From the NCBI RefSeq assembly GCF_009914755.1, contig NC_060930.1: a stretch of DNA of 64,000 nt; one strand, given 5' to 3'. The stretch is from the human T2T-CHM13v2.0 reference genome, Homo sapiens. Positions 38,886 to 54,665 of this stretch are shown here, one piece after another. Made by a program: the position numbers and the translations under genes. The notes under the pieces are model-generated. The model ran no database searches. It was not told where the DNA came from and saw only the letters and a program-made list of their open reading frames with translations. Positions within the stretch are counted from its first letter, which is position 1; every line of letters starts with the position of its first letter.

Positions 38886-41149
38886 ACCCATACTCACTAC
38901 TTCTTGCATCATCCTCAGGATGTAAGGACCTACCTGGGGCTCCAGGACTCTCTTTCCTCACCAGCTGCAGCCTCTCAAGTGCTTGCACCTGCACACCCAG
39001 CCCACCCGCACCCAGACCCTGGTTTCCTGCCTTGGCAAGAAGCACGTAAGGAGAACATAGCTGGAAAGGTTTTTGCCTCAGGCAGGGTTGACACATTTGG
39101 GTTCTGCTTCCTGGTGACTGAACTTAGCACAGCATCCTCTGAGATTCCCTACCTCTTGGCTTGCTCATTACTTCAGAGAGTTAACTTCCTCCCCCTCCAA
39201 ACCGTCCTTCCTTACCCATGCTGTCAAATCATACTTCTCCCCCTTCTGCAAATGAACAAAACCTACCATAGCAGTAATCACAGGATTCCCTGTAGTTTCC
39301 TCGGGACCCCTGCAGGGGAGGTATTAATTGTCCTCATTTTTTAAATGGAGACACTGAGGCTCAGAGAGTTCACATGTTGTTCTTAATGCTACACCACAGG
39401 TAAGGGGCAGAGCCAAACTTTCAGCTGCAGGGGTAAGATACTGTCATCGCTTAGGACTGCTTTCAGCTGCATGTAACAAAACTGATATCACAGCTTAGTC
39501 AAATGGGGATGATGTTTTCTCACCTAACAGTAACTCCTAGTGAGGTACTGATACAGCACATCTGTGATGTCAGCCAAATCTCAAGTTCCTTGTGTTTTTC
39601 AGTTTTTGCCATCCTTAGTACGAGACTTTCATCTTCATGATCAAAATTTTTACTTATGACTCTACATTTTTATTAGAAAAGCAATGGCTTTCCTAGAAGC
39701 CCCATTCAATAGCCTTCTCTTATATCTCATTGGTTTATTAAGAATATGTAGCATTCCTGCTACAAACAAAACTAGCATTCATTATTACCAAGCGAGAGAG
39801 GAGATAGGATACCGGGTAGGGAACCTACGGTGTCAATGCATTTTCCTCCTGGCCACACCACCTCACCTCTAAACAGAATCCAGCCCCTCTGCATCAGGCA
39901 CTATTGCCTGGCCACCCACTCCTGCTTGCAAAGATACGCTGGGGGTAAGCCACAAAGTGGAGCCTCTCTTGATCATTAGGGTTATTGGCTCACTGCACAT
40001 TCCCATGGAAAGGAGAGAGGTGGGTCATTTCCTTTGGTTCAGCAGCTGGTCCTCACTTTGGGAAGAGTTAGAAAGCCCTAGGAATGTGCCAGGCCCTCAA
40101 CTTTGCGGCAAAAATCACAGCTTCTCTAGGCCTTAATGGAGAAGGATCTGATACACTGATTTCCAGGCCTGCCAACAACCCCTCCTGCAGAAACTTCAGA
40201 ATTTCAAGAGGACTCAAGTATAAGTGATGTATTAATCACCATCTCGAGATGAATAGAAAAGATCTGAGCAGCATTAACTTGGAGTTCAGGGGAGGGGGAC
40301 AAGGGAAGCGTGGGTGAGATGAGGAGAAGAGGAGCCTCTTAGGTGACAATGAAATACAGCGAGTACTAGAAACATCCAAGTTCATGGGGGCGTTAACTTT
40401 ACAGCAGATGCGTCTATCTTGTCTTCCAGTCCCTCCAGTTGAATGGGCCCTTGTGGCCAAGGAAGCTTGAACATGTGATATTTGACAATTAAAAAAAGAG
40501 CTTTGGCAGGGTCAGTCACCCCCATGAAGCAAGCCAGGCCAATGCTCCTGAGGCCAGGTCAACAGGGAGGTGATGAAGTGTTAAAACACTCTCCCCATGT
40601 CCCACCCTTCTAAACAAGGCATAATATGAACATTAACTCAGCGTGCTCTCTCTGGGTTGGGACTGCCCGTCCCACTCACTGATGATTAAACCTATGAGAA
40701 GTCTTGCTAAACATTAAATCATCTTGGATTTTAAGCAAACACCCTTCAAAACTGAGTCCCTGGAGGAGAAAGTGTAACTTTACACAGGAAGTCCTGTGTT
40801 GTGGAAAGAGTGCAGGCTTCAGGGGCAGCCCCTGGGATCTAGACTGGCCATGAGTCTCTCTGGCCATCCATTGGTCTCCTCACCTGTAAAATGAGAAGGG
40901 TTTGAATTAACAGAGATTAGGGATCATTTCTGGTTCTGATTTTATGTGTTCTATTGCACTAAAATACTCCGGTATTTTCTTTTAGTATGAATTTCTTCAG
41001 AAAATGTACATTAATCAAAGATATTCATGACAATAACATTTGAATAGTTACTACCACCAGCTCTTACAAAGCACTTTTACCTGTTGACTCTTCATCCTCG
41101 CAGGAATCCTATTGCAGGGTACTATTGACAGATCCAGTCTACTGACGAG

Positions 41150-42215
41150 GGAGCGAACGCAGATGAGTAGACAACCACTCCATTCCCCCTTGCGCGTCTC
41201 AGAGGCATCTCCAATGGAAGAAGTCTGAAACTGAACTCCTGACTCCCCCTCCCCACCCCACCCCACCCAAACCTACTCCTCTCCTCATCTTCCCTACTCC
41301 ATCAATGGCAACCCCGTTCTTCATAATATCCAGGCAGAAAGCTTTCAACCTTCTCCTGCCTCTGATTCATCTCAAGTCATGTCAATTTCGCCCTCAAAAT
41401 ATGTCCAGAACCTACTGTTTCTTTACCACCCCTGCGTGACCACTTGGGCCTAAGCCTCCATCGTGTGTTGCCTGGGCCATTGCGAGAGCCTTTGGAGTGG
41501 GCTCTCTGTTTCTACCCTTCCGTTTTCCATCACACATACACACATACACGCATGCACACGTACACACACGCACGCACACGCGCACACACATGCACACGCA
41601 CACATGCACGCATGCACGCACACACACGCACGCACACATAGTATATTCTCTATACAGTAGCCAGAATCATCCTTTGTGATATGTGAGATTATGCCATTCC
41701 TCTGCTCAAAACTTTCAGTGGCTTCCCACCTCACTCAAGATAAAATTCAGTGATCTTACCCTTGCCTACAAGGTCCTCCAAGGTCTCCCCACACCCACCT
41801 GTTTGCTGTCCTCTCTCGCCCACCTCCCCACCCACGCCACCTCCCCAACCCTTCCGCCCCAGGCTCAGTCTCCCCTGCCACACCAGCCCCTTTACCCTTC
41901 TCAAACACAACAGGCCACTCCCTGTCTCAGTCCTGGCCTGGTCAGCCCTCCCCACAGATATGCAAATGGATTTTCATTCAGGTCTCTGCACCTCACCAAA
42001 AAGACTTTCCCTGACTACATAAAGCAGCACCTCTCCTATCTGTGTCCCCATAGCTTGGTTGATTTTTCTTCTTTGGATGCGTCTCTCCTGACACATTTTG
42101 TACCATGTTTCATTTATTGCCCTTTTCCTCCTAGACTTTGTTGCTTGTGCTCACTGTTGAATCCCCAATGCCTAGAACAGTACCTGGCATTTTAAAAGTC
42201 TCTCAATAAATATAG
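41150..42215 (+). mobile_element. L2 LINE 3' part
   Basis: ctgctcaaaactttcagtggcttccc...gctcactgttgaatccccaatgcctagaacagtacctggca...ctcaataaata. Confidence 0.85.
41531..41640. repeat. (CA/CG/TG) alternating pyrimidine-purine tract, 110 bp
   Basis: Uninterrupted YR alternation. Confidence 0.95.
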
Positions 42216-42999
42216 GTAGTCTTTGTTATCTGAATCCAATCCTTCTCTGAAATTCTACCACAAAGTGAACTTTTGGCGGCAAGAGCTTATATTCTATTAC
42301 ATCAAAGAAAAAAATAATAATGCATTCTCTATATCACCTATATTCTTAATCACCCATAAGACAATCCACTGTGGATTTCTGCATGATATGATACAAGGCA
42401 TTTAAAACACTAATTACCTAATTATTTGACACTTAGTGAGCTCATTAGTGGGTGTGTTTGTATGTAATATGCTATAATACTGAAAGAATTACCTTTTCCT
42501 TCTACACTGAAAAAAGTCATGTATTGTAAAAAATAAAATGATTTCCTAAAGATATGTAATGAATGCAAATATAATTACCAAAATGAATAAACATTTTTAA
42601 ACAATTATTTACTGAATGAAGAGTTACTTGTGTGCAAACTGGACATCACTGTTACTGTTAGGACAGTGGAGAGAGCTAAATCAAAGTGAGCTGGGGAAAA
42701 AGCAAATGAAACCATCAACACCCAAGGTTCATCCATTTCCAAATCGAGGAATGTCCAACTCATTCCTCGATAGTAGGCACCTCCTCTTCTTGGCATTCAG
42801 GATGCTGCAAGTGAATAGAGGTCTGTGAATCTTTGTCAAAATCTGTAAATGAGGCAATGAGGTTTTTTTTTTTAAACAACACTCAAAATAGACATCTGTT
42901 CTAACTATGTGATTATATAATTTATTATCTACACAGAAATAATTTTGAATGTGAAAAAGAGAAAAATAAAATTGTATATATATATTTTTAGATCATAAA

Positions 43000-43348
43000 T
43001 TTTTTATTATTATTATACTTTAAGTTCTGGGACACATGGGCAGAACGTTCAGGTTTGTTACATAGGTATACATGTGTCATGGTGGTTTGCTGCACCCATC
43101 AACCCATCATCTAGCTTTTAAGCCCTGCATGCATTAGGTATTTGTCCTAATGCTCTCCCTCCCCTTGCCCCCCACCCCCCAACAGGCCCCGGTGTGTGAT
43201 GTTCCCCTCCCTGTGTCCATGTGTTCTCCATTGTTCAACTCCCATTTATGAGTGAGAATATGCAGTGTTTGGTTTTCTGTTCCTGTGTTAGTTTGCTGAG
43301 AATGATGGTTTCCAGCTTCATCCATGTCCCTGCAAAGGACATGAACTC
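43000..43348 (-). mobile_element. L1PA7/8-like 5'-truncated L1 3' end
   Basis: ttattatactttaagttctggg...taagccctgcatgcattagg...catgtccctgcaaaggacatgaactc. Confidence 0.95.
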
Positions 43349-43544
43349 AAAATTATATTTTTAAAGCATGCATTTATAGATTGACAAATTGGTTTTGTAC
43401 AACAGTAGGTATATAAAATACTTATAGTCAAAAATTATCTTCAAAGGGAAAATCATTTCTAAAAATAAAAAAATCAATGTACATTAAAGTACAGGTTTTT
43501 TTAAGTTATAGGTTGATTTGCTTAAACATAAAAATAATATAAAC

Positions 43545-43591
43545 AGGAGGCAAAAGAAAATGCATGAAATAACTGAAGCAGTGTACTATTT
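43545..43591 (-). repeat. 47-bp inverted copy of 30739-30785
   Basis: aggaggcaaaagaaaatgcatgaaataactgaagcagtgtactattt equals the reverse complement of 30739-30785 at 46/47 positions. Confidence 0.95.
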
Positions 43592-43610
43592 TGGTTCATA
43601 ATTATCATAA

Positions 43611-44063
<453 letters not shown>

Positions 44064-45672
44064 TAAATCTGAAATTACTGATACTGTCAACTGACTCTTC
44101 TCAGATGACCATAGTATTTTTAATAAAGAAAATACTCTTTCTACAAGTGCTGCAGCACCTTGTAAGCTAAGAATTAATTCTGGTCAACAGAAGACATTCC
44201 CAGTTCTATTTCTTTTTTCTTCCTGAAGTATGTTAATATTTCAGTTCAAATCTTTTCACGGGTACCATCTTTTTATCTCCACACAGAGAAACTTTCACAA
44301 AGATTTTACAAGGCAAAACTCATCAAACAAGTTGTTTCTATTTAGGATTTTTTTAAATGTTTTGCCAAATTTAGATGCTTAAAAATCATAGACCTCTGAA
44401 TTTTATTCCATTCCAGTATAGAACATAAATTTATCCAATTAAATATAAAAGTTCCATCAAAATATCCTTCCCATAAATCAAGATATTTCAAAGCATAACT
44501 GTTTAATCTCAAATGTAACTTATTTAAGTTGTTTATCCTTTGGCTTTGTAGGTCGAAGGTTAGTTTTCAATAATTACATTTTCCTAAAAGCTTCAAGAGC
44601 TGAAGTCTTTTGGCTCACCATTCCTTGACTACTTGATGAAAAATTACCAACCAGTTTTGAACAAAAAGCAAGCACAATTTAGAGGCCTCGTTTTTTTTTT
44701 TTTAAAAAAAGTAAAAGGTCACTGTATATTGCAGTATGCTTGAGCTGATTTACAAATAATCCTTCAAAGGTTCAAACATTTCTAAAATCTAAGAACATGC
44801 AGGAGGGAAGAAAAAAAGCACATGCCACCAGGCTGCAGCGTTTTTTTAATTCAACATCGTCTCTATCACAAATATTTTGTAGTTCAGTTTCTCTGTGTAT
44901 AAATAAAAATACTTATAATGTTTGTCAACTATAGCTTCTATTTTGCTGGTAGACTATCACAGCTTGTTTGGATGCAATTATGAACCCTGAACGCACTACA
45001 TCTAATTCCAAATATATTTCTGTTCCATAGATTTCTTAATTTAGTAATAACACTATTTTTCCCATGATTCTGTACTCCATGAAAATCTATATTTATAGTA
45101 CCTCCTCCATCTTAATTGTTGAATGTTTTAAGTGAAGTTATAAATTACAGTATGAGAGGCTATATCTTTGACAGGATGAACTTTCAAAAGCTTTCCTTTG
45201 AGTCCTTGGGCTCAAAAAAAAAATCAAACCATTATTTAAATTAACTGATTTTCTCTACAAGAAATGGATCTAAATCTGCATCGTTTAACTGTTTATAAAA
45301 ATCTTCTTCTACTGATAGAGCCATTCCGTTAGTAGCTATCACTTTTCTTTCCCAATGCTCACAAGAAAAAGTGAAATTAAAATTAAGCAAAATTAATTTA
45401 GAAGAAAAAAATCACTACCTAAAAAGTCATACTACCCAGAGTGATATATAAACATAATTGCTTAAATTATCAGCTCGGTCATAATCTTCCTAAAATAGCT
45501 ATTAGTTTTTGAAATAGCTTTTCCATAACAATTTGTCTTCTGGGTGTACCTGTGGTCAGTGATATGACTACAGCCACTGAGTGTATGGCAAATGTTGACA
45601 AGCATTTCTGCAAGTTGTACATCATCATCAACATTCTTTAGAAAAGATTATTTCATACTTAATTTTTTATGA

Positions 45673-45981
<309 letters not shown>

Positions 45982-46544
45982 CTAAACATGCACTTTTTTT
46001 TTTTTTTTTTTTTAGCTCAATGCTGCTGAAAGGGATTTGGCTTTGCACAAAGCAAAATTAGAAAAAAAACAAAACAAAACAGTATTATCACAATAAGGTA
46101 AATACATAGGTTATAGATGTATAATATATATTAGATGACAAACTACTGACGTAGTAACTGCAAGAGCATTCAGACCATTCTGTCTGCGCTCCACAGTGGA
46201 ACTTTTGGCCTCTATTTCTCATGCATGTTTCACATACACCAAACCTAAGACATCTCATATTTCCCTGTGTCAGCAATGACTCCATGTCCTGGTGGCTCTA
46301 CCATCTCTGACAGGCAGAGGCTCGGGCCATGGACAGCGGAGCCAGCAGGGGCAGCACCAATAACTTAGACCAGAAGGAGTTCATTGTCCCCGGCCACTGG
46401 GTTCTGAGTGAAACAGACTCTCCCTCAGAGCCCTCTCCTGAAATCTCCTCATCGTGTGATCTTGGACATGTTACTTAACCTTAACATGCCTCAGTTTCTT
46501 CATTTGGAAAACAAGTATGATATTATTCGTCCTTAAAAAGGCAT

Positions 46545-47352
46545 GAAGTGGTGATACATGCTACCCCATGAAGAAACCTCAAAAACATGAGGTTTAGCTA
46601 AGTGAAAGAAGCCAGACGCAAAAGGTAACATATGATATGCTTTCATTTCTATGACATGTCCAGAGTAGGCAAATCCACAGAAATGGGAAGCAGATTGTGG
46701 TTTGTGGTTACCAGGGCTAAGGGAGAGGAGAATGAGGAGTCAACTGCTTAATGGGTGTTGTAGGTTGAATTGCGCTCCCCCGAAAAGCTACGTTGAAATT
46801 TTAATCATTAAGTACCTCAGAATGTGACATTATTTGGAAATAGGGTTTTATGGAGGTAATCAAGTTAAAATGAGGTCACTAGTATGGTCCCTAATCTAAT
46901 ATGAATGGTGTCCTTGTAAAAAGGGGAAATTAGGACAGAGAAAGATGAACAGAGGCAGAGGGAAGACAAGGTGCAGACACACAGACAGAACACTATTGGG
47001 AGATGGAGGCAGAGACTGGACTGATGCCGCGGGAAGCCAGGGATCACCATGATTGCTGTTCACACCAGAAGCCAGGAAGAGGTGAGGAAAGATTCTACTC
47101 AGAGTCTCAGGGAGCATGGCCCTACAGACACCTTGGTTCCAGACTTCCAGCCTGTAGAACTGTGAGACAATACGTTTCCACTGTTTTAAGCCACTAACAC
47201 AACAAATACAGGGTTTCCTTGTGGGGGTGATGAAAATGTTCTGGAACCTCATAGAAGTAGTGGTTGAACAATGTTATGAATGTATTAGATGTTGTTGAAT
47301 TTTTCATGTAAAAAGGGTTAATTTTATGTTAAGTGGATTTCAACTCAGTAAA
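46545..47352 (+). mobile_element. L1MB 3' end split by an MLT1B LTR
   Basis: gctaagtgaaagaagccagac...gtccagagtaggcaaatccacag...ttaatggg | gggtttcc...gggtgatgaaaatgttctggaac. Confidence 0.85.
46756..47210 (+). mobile_element. MLT1B-like solo LTR
   Basis: tgttgtaggttgaattg...agtacctcagaatgtgacattatttggaaatagggt...gacttccagcctgtagaactgtgagacaata. Confidence 0.9.
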
Positions 47353-47616
47353 CTCACACATGTGCACACACACATATATCATCTAGTGTGGTAGTGTGGT
47401 GTTGTAAGTATTCAATGAGTCAACTCATAGGAATTTAGAACAGTCCCTGAGATACAGTAATCCCTCAATAAGTGTTAGTTAGTATTACTATTTTCAAGAG
47501 TCTCTCTCCAAACTTCCCACCTCTAGCCATCAAATAATCAGATAGCAGCAACTAATTCCCTCACCTGTTTTCCTTTTATGCAGAGTATTTTAGCTCTCTC
47601 CTGCCAGACCACGCCA

Positions 47617-47655
47617 TGTATATTAGGGTTCTCATAGAAGAACAGAACTAATAGG

Positions 47656-47712
<57 letters not shown>

Positions 47713-48098
47713 AAGGGGAGGTTATTAAGTATTAATTTACAGGATCACAAGGCCCCACAATAGGCTGTCTGCAAGCCCTGAGGAGCGACAAGAGCCAGTC
47801 CAAGTCCCAAATCTGAAGAACTTGGAGTCTGATGTTCAAGAACTTGGAGTCTGATCCAGCACGGGAGAAAGATGTAGGCTGGGAGGCTGGGCCCATCACA
47901 TCTCTTCATGTTTTTCTGCCTGCTTTACATTTGCTGGCAGTTGATTAGATGGTACCCACCCGATTAAGGGTGGGTCTGCCTTCCCCAGCCCACTGACTCA
48001 AATGTTACCCTCCTTTGGCAACACCCTCACAGGCATACCCAGGATCAATATTGCATCCTTTAATCCAATCAAGTTGACACTCAATATTAACCATCACA
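47617..48098 (-). mobile_element. MLT2A1-like ERVL solo LTR with (CA)n
   Basis: tattagggttctc...cagaactaatagga...cccactgactcaaatgtta...caatcaagttgacactcaatattaaccatcaca. Confidence 0.93.
47658..47704. repeat. (CA)~23 microsatellite
   Basis: Pure CA run. Confidence 0.97.
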
Positions 48099-49449
48099 CC
48101 AGGTGAGTACTAAGTCTGACATGTCTTCTCTTCACATCAACTGGCCCATCAAGTCACTTTCCCAAGAGTTTCACAGCCGCAAGATGAATTATACCCCGCT
48201 CACAGCCCAACCTTCTCCACCAGGTATTCAGAAACTAGCTTTGGCCAAATTTATAAAAATGGCAATAATTTCATCCCAACCCACTAGAGTCCGTGTGTGA
48301 AAATGAACCCATTTCACTACTACCAAATGACAAGCACTTTCAGTCATCCTCCTGCCACTAACAGGTCATTCTCTAGGCTGTGATGGCAAAGCCAGCAAGG
48401 CCAGTTGCCCACGTGGAAATCAGACCCACAAGGGCACTGGGTTCCAACCAAGTGGGTTTACTGTCCTCTACTTGGTTCATTACATGAGGAAAAAGCCCAA
48501 GTGGGTGGACTGTTGATCTGTTAAAATGGTTTAAGACCCAGAAGAACTAAGAATCAAGACCTTGATTCTAGAGAATTAAAAAACACAGAAAAATCACTTG
48601 AGAACTTGAATGTCTTCTTGCTCCTCACCCCACTCTTGAGAATTACAGAAGAGAAAGACAGAGAGCTTTGCTAAGTGTTGAGAAACCAGCTTTGGAGAGA
48701 TCTGGTACTTTGTACAAGTGGGAATGATCATAGGAGGAAAGGAAAGGAAGAAATTGTACAAGGACACCAGAGCAATGAAAAGAAAAACTCGAGGAGACAT
48801 GTTAGACCATAGTAGCTGATTTGAATCAAGCAAGACATAGATTTGGGGCAGGCGTTTCTGAAAACACATGCCTCAAATTGTATTTCACAAAATTGCTGTT
48901 AATGCCCTACAACTTGTAACATGCTGCACCTTCAGGAAGACCCTTTTGTATTATTAATATTTTATTGTTTTTATAGTAGGCACCATAGGAGTGAGTATGT
49001 GGGAGTGAAACTGTACGGGCAAGCTCTTTACCAGGCATCCAGGTGGCAGCTCAAAGCACTAGTTTGAATGATTCCATTACAAGTTAGATGCATATTTATG
49101 CCTCAGATGCTTTCTCCTTCATAAATATTTTCTCTGGTGTCTCCATGTTCTTCCCTATCCATTTAGGGATCAGTTAACCCTATAATCAAACACTACTGCT
49201 CAAGCCATGGAAACAGACAGTGTTTCCCAAACAACAGTAAAAGGAAGAGAAATCCATCCAACATGCTATTCTTATCACAATATTAACAGGTTCCTGAGGA
49301 AAGACTTTTCCCTCACTTTGATCTGCTGAGATTACCAGAAAAATAGAGGCTACACTTAGAAAGAAAAAAAGAATCCTTACTATAGGATAGGCCAAGTGAG
49401 AAATTTTATGAGTCAAACAAGTAAGGACGATGATAGAAAAAAAAATGAT

Positions 49450-49690
49450 GAAAATAATTGCAGCCAACATTTATGGAGCACACAGGCCAGGCCTTGCGCT
49501 GAGTGGTCTATGTGATTTATCTCACATAATCTTTCCAGCCACCCTGTAGGGTAAATGTCATTATCCCCATTTCACAGATGAACTAACTGAAACTCAGAAA
49601 ACACTGCCAAGTTCCTAAGCTATTAACTGGAGCCAGCCCTCCGATTTAGGTTTATCTGATTCTAAAGTCCATGGTGCTAATTACAATGCT
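49450..49690 (-). mobile_element. MIR SINE
   Basis: aacatttatggagca...ttatccccatttcacagatgaactaactgaaactcaga...tctgattctaaagtccatg. Confidence 0.85.
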
Positions 49691-50701
49691 CCTTGCCAAA
49701 ATGAAAGTTTTCACATGCCCAAGGAAAATGCTACCAATCCCCTCCCAGAGGATTCTTGCTCTTTTTGTCGAAAGATGCAATTTTTACTGCAAACAATCTG
49801 TAGCTCATATTGCTGGCATCCCAGCATGGCCAGGTCTGCTGCTCTGGAAGCAAGAGGTCATTTTCTTCTTCCTAACCAAAGTAAGCAAAGCACACTTGGT
49901 CTTTGGGCTTAAAAAAAAAAAAAAAAAAAAAAAGCCAAGAGACATAAACAGGTGAATATAGTTGTTGCAAAGACAAATAATAAAAATGAAGCCCCTGAAT
50001 GTATTGGAAGGGAAAAATGAGTGCCCTGCAGTCAAGACATAATTGCTAGAGAGCTAAAGAGAAGAAAAAGAAGGGAGAGAAAAGCCAAAAAAACAATTCA
50101 AAGCACAAAATAAAGGCAGAGAAAAGTAAATGCTTTTCTTGGATAATTAAAACCAGGGTCTTACAAGATATGAAGTTAGACACTCGGTGAATTATATATT
50201 TCTAATTCCTCTCCCTAAGTGCCACAGGCTAGAGACAGCCTCCCAGGTATTAATGAAAAGGCCACAGCATGGTGCCCTAAATTCACTGCGGTGTGCCTAA
50301 CCTAACAAAATACGCTCGAAAACCCAGGGAAATGGCAAAGTCAATTCCTTTGATCAGTTGATTTCTTCTTAATGGTAACTGTTCTCAAATTGACACCCTT
50401 CCCCCCACCCCCACTACCAATGCCATCACACACGTGCACTGCACGGCACATACACAGAGAAGGGGACAATTCAAAGAATCTTTTCTGGAAGGGTTGCTTT
50501 GTCTTTGAAAAGTGCTTTATTACTGTTAGTCAAATTTAAAACTACATTATCATCCCGCTGCTGAACTAAGGCCTCACGACTTGACACACCTAGCAAGGCT
50601 GGAGCAGTTCCAACACTTAGACCAAAATGAAGGGACAGCCCAAGACAACAGAATCCTCCTTCTGTTTTGGGGCAGCTCTTTTTCATTCCCCATTTCCAAG
50701 T

Positions 50702-51228
50702 CAGCAGTCCCCAACCTTTTTGGTACCAGGGACCGGTTTCGTGGAAGATAGTTTTTCCATGGACTGGCTGGTGGTGGGGGATGGTTTCAGGATGATTCAA
50801 GTGCATTGCATTTATTGTACACTTTACTTCTATTATTATCACATTGTAGTATATAATGAGATAATTATACAACTCACCATAATGTAGAATCTGTGGGAGC
50901 CCTGAGCTTGTTTTCCTGCAACTAGATGGTCCCATGTGGGGGTGATGGGAGACAGTGACAGGTCATCAAGGTGTTAGATTCTCATAAGGAGTGTGCACCC
51001 TAGATCTCTCGCATGCAGTAGGGTTCGCCTTCCTTTGAGAATTGAATGCTGCCACTGATCTGTCAGGAGGTAGAGCTCAGGGGGTAATGCAAGCGAGGGG
51101 GACTGGCTGTAAAAACAGATGAAGCCTGGCTCGCCCACCTGCCCACCACTCACCTCCTGCTGTGTGGCACGGTTCCTAATAGGCCACAAACTTGTACTTG
51201 TTAGTGGCCTGGGGGTTGGTGATTCCTG
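50702..51228. mobile_element. MER1A (hAT-Charlie), full length
   Basis: TIRs cagcagtccccaacc / ggttggtgattcctg; 527 bp; 8-bp TSD ttccaagt/ttctaagt. Confidence 0.95.
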
Positions 51229-51382
51229 TTCTAAGTGGATAAAGAGCAGGGGTGTTAAAGGCCAGTACTGCTTCACTCCCTGTTTCCTGATGCTCGGTCT
51301 CCCTTCCTCAGAATCTTCAAATCTCTGCATTCGTCTCCTTCCAAAACTTCTCTCCAACTAGGTCTAAGGCCTGATCAGACTC

Positions 51383-52410
<1,028 letters not shown>

Positions 52411-52469
52411 GGTGTCTTAAAGCAACAAGCTGCAGTATTTAAGGGTAGTCTTGAGTGAGAAGACCCCAC

Positions 52470-52670
52470 CTCAGACACACCCTGGACTCCCCTAGAGCTG
52501 CCACTGAAGAGCTACGTGACTTTGGTCAGGTTACTTAATATCCCTAAAACCTCAGTTCCCCCAACAGCAAAATGATAATTTTATTGATATAAGGATTAAA
52601 TGATTTAATATAGGTAAGACACTTGAAACAGTGGCACCAAGTAAACATTCAGCAAATACCCATTCTTATT
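52470..52670 (+). mobile_element. MIR SINE
   Basis: gtgactttggtcaggttacttaat...cctcagttccc...aaggattaaatga. Confidence 0.8.
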
Positions 52671-52786
52671 AAACAATTATGGAGTGACCATAGTGTGCCA
52701 GGTTGAATGTCAAGCACTGCGGCGGATACAAAGGTGACTAAAATTGGCTTCTTATTCTTGAGGGGGAAAATAAAATGTAAAGAGAT

Positions 52787-53114
52787 ATTGTTGTTTTTCA
52801 GTATCCGTGGGTGATTGGTTCCAAGACCTTCTTGTGGATACCAAAGGCAGTATCTGTGGATACTCAAGTCCCTTAAATAAGATGGCATAGTATTTGCATA
52901 TCGTCTAGGCACAGTACCCATTTATATTTTAAATTATCTCTAGATTATAATATCTAATACAATGTAAATCGTTTTTTCTACTGTATTGTTTTTTATTTGT
53001 ATTTCTTATTGTTACATTGGGTTTTTTATTGTCTGGGGGTTTGTTCCTGAATATTTTCTATCCAAGATTAGTGGAACCCATGAACGCAGAACTCACGGAT
53101 ACAGAGGTCAACGG
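52787..53114. mobile_element. MER2 (TcMar-Tigger MITE)
   Basis: cagtatccgtgggtgattggttccaagacc...atggcatagtatttgcatat...cacggatacagagg. Confidence 0.9.
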
Positions 53115-54034
53115 TTGTCACAATTCCATGGGGTAAGTTCTGCGTGGAAGAGAGATACAAGATTCTGCGGGAACAGTGAAGAGAGTCCCTAACTCTGGCA
53201 AGTCAAGAATTTTCACTACCACTGGAATTAGAATCCCTCAAATAGTATTAGATCCAAATATCACTTCATCTTCATATATTTTAAGCGACTCAGTGAGAAG
53301 TGAGTGTGTCTATCTGCAGGGTAACGGGCCCCATAGGAAGGAGGTGGTAATTTGCAGATTGTGCTTATCTGCACCATCCCAATTTATTCTCACAGGACAC
53401 CTATAAGACTAGTGACTTTTCAATATGGCTTAGAGAGGTAAAGTGGGCTGAAGGTCACTCAACTAAATAAAGAACAAAGATAAGACACAAACCCGGGTGC
53501 TATGAGAGAGAACTTGATGTCAGCAGAGATGCTACAGAAAGGATTTCTCTGTCAGAAGATGTTCATGTTTTCATTCATTCTACAATTTCTACTACTATTT
53601 TAGAAATGGTGTCACAGGAGGAAGAGGAAGGGGGAACTAAAGAAGATCTAAAAAGGGGGTTTTAAGCCTGCCAAACCTATGTTTGTCTACACAGTAACAT
53701 TAGGATCTGAAAGATATGTTCTCTGTAAACATCTCTATTTGACAAATGAATCTTCCACACTGTGATGGGGGCAAAAGGGCTTTGGTGCCCCAGTGAATTG
53801 GTAGACAGTTGGAGAAGGCCAGATATGAGAAATAGTTTGGACAAGCTACCCCTAAAAATTCACGCTTGATATAGGAATTCTGGAATGAGGCACAGGCTAC
53901 TTACTTCCTGATCGAAGGATCATTGATCCTATACTTCTTCATGCCTCCTAACTTAGGCCTACATCTGCTAACTACCTTTGAGCCTATCACTCATCCCTGA
54001 GAGTTTCTTACGTGCACACAGCTATTGAGAAGTA

Positions 54035-54665
<631 letters not shown>

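Noticed and set aside
41683-42195. Longest ORF (170 aa, Pro/Leu/Ser-rich)
   Set aside because: Lies wholly in a pyrimidine-rich L2 3' region, has a non-ATG start and shows no domain.
50471-51361. Overlapping 154/127/86/80-aa ORFs
   Set aside because: Largely derived from the non-coding MER1A element.
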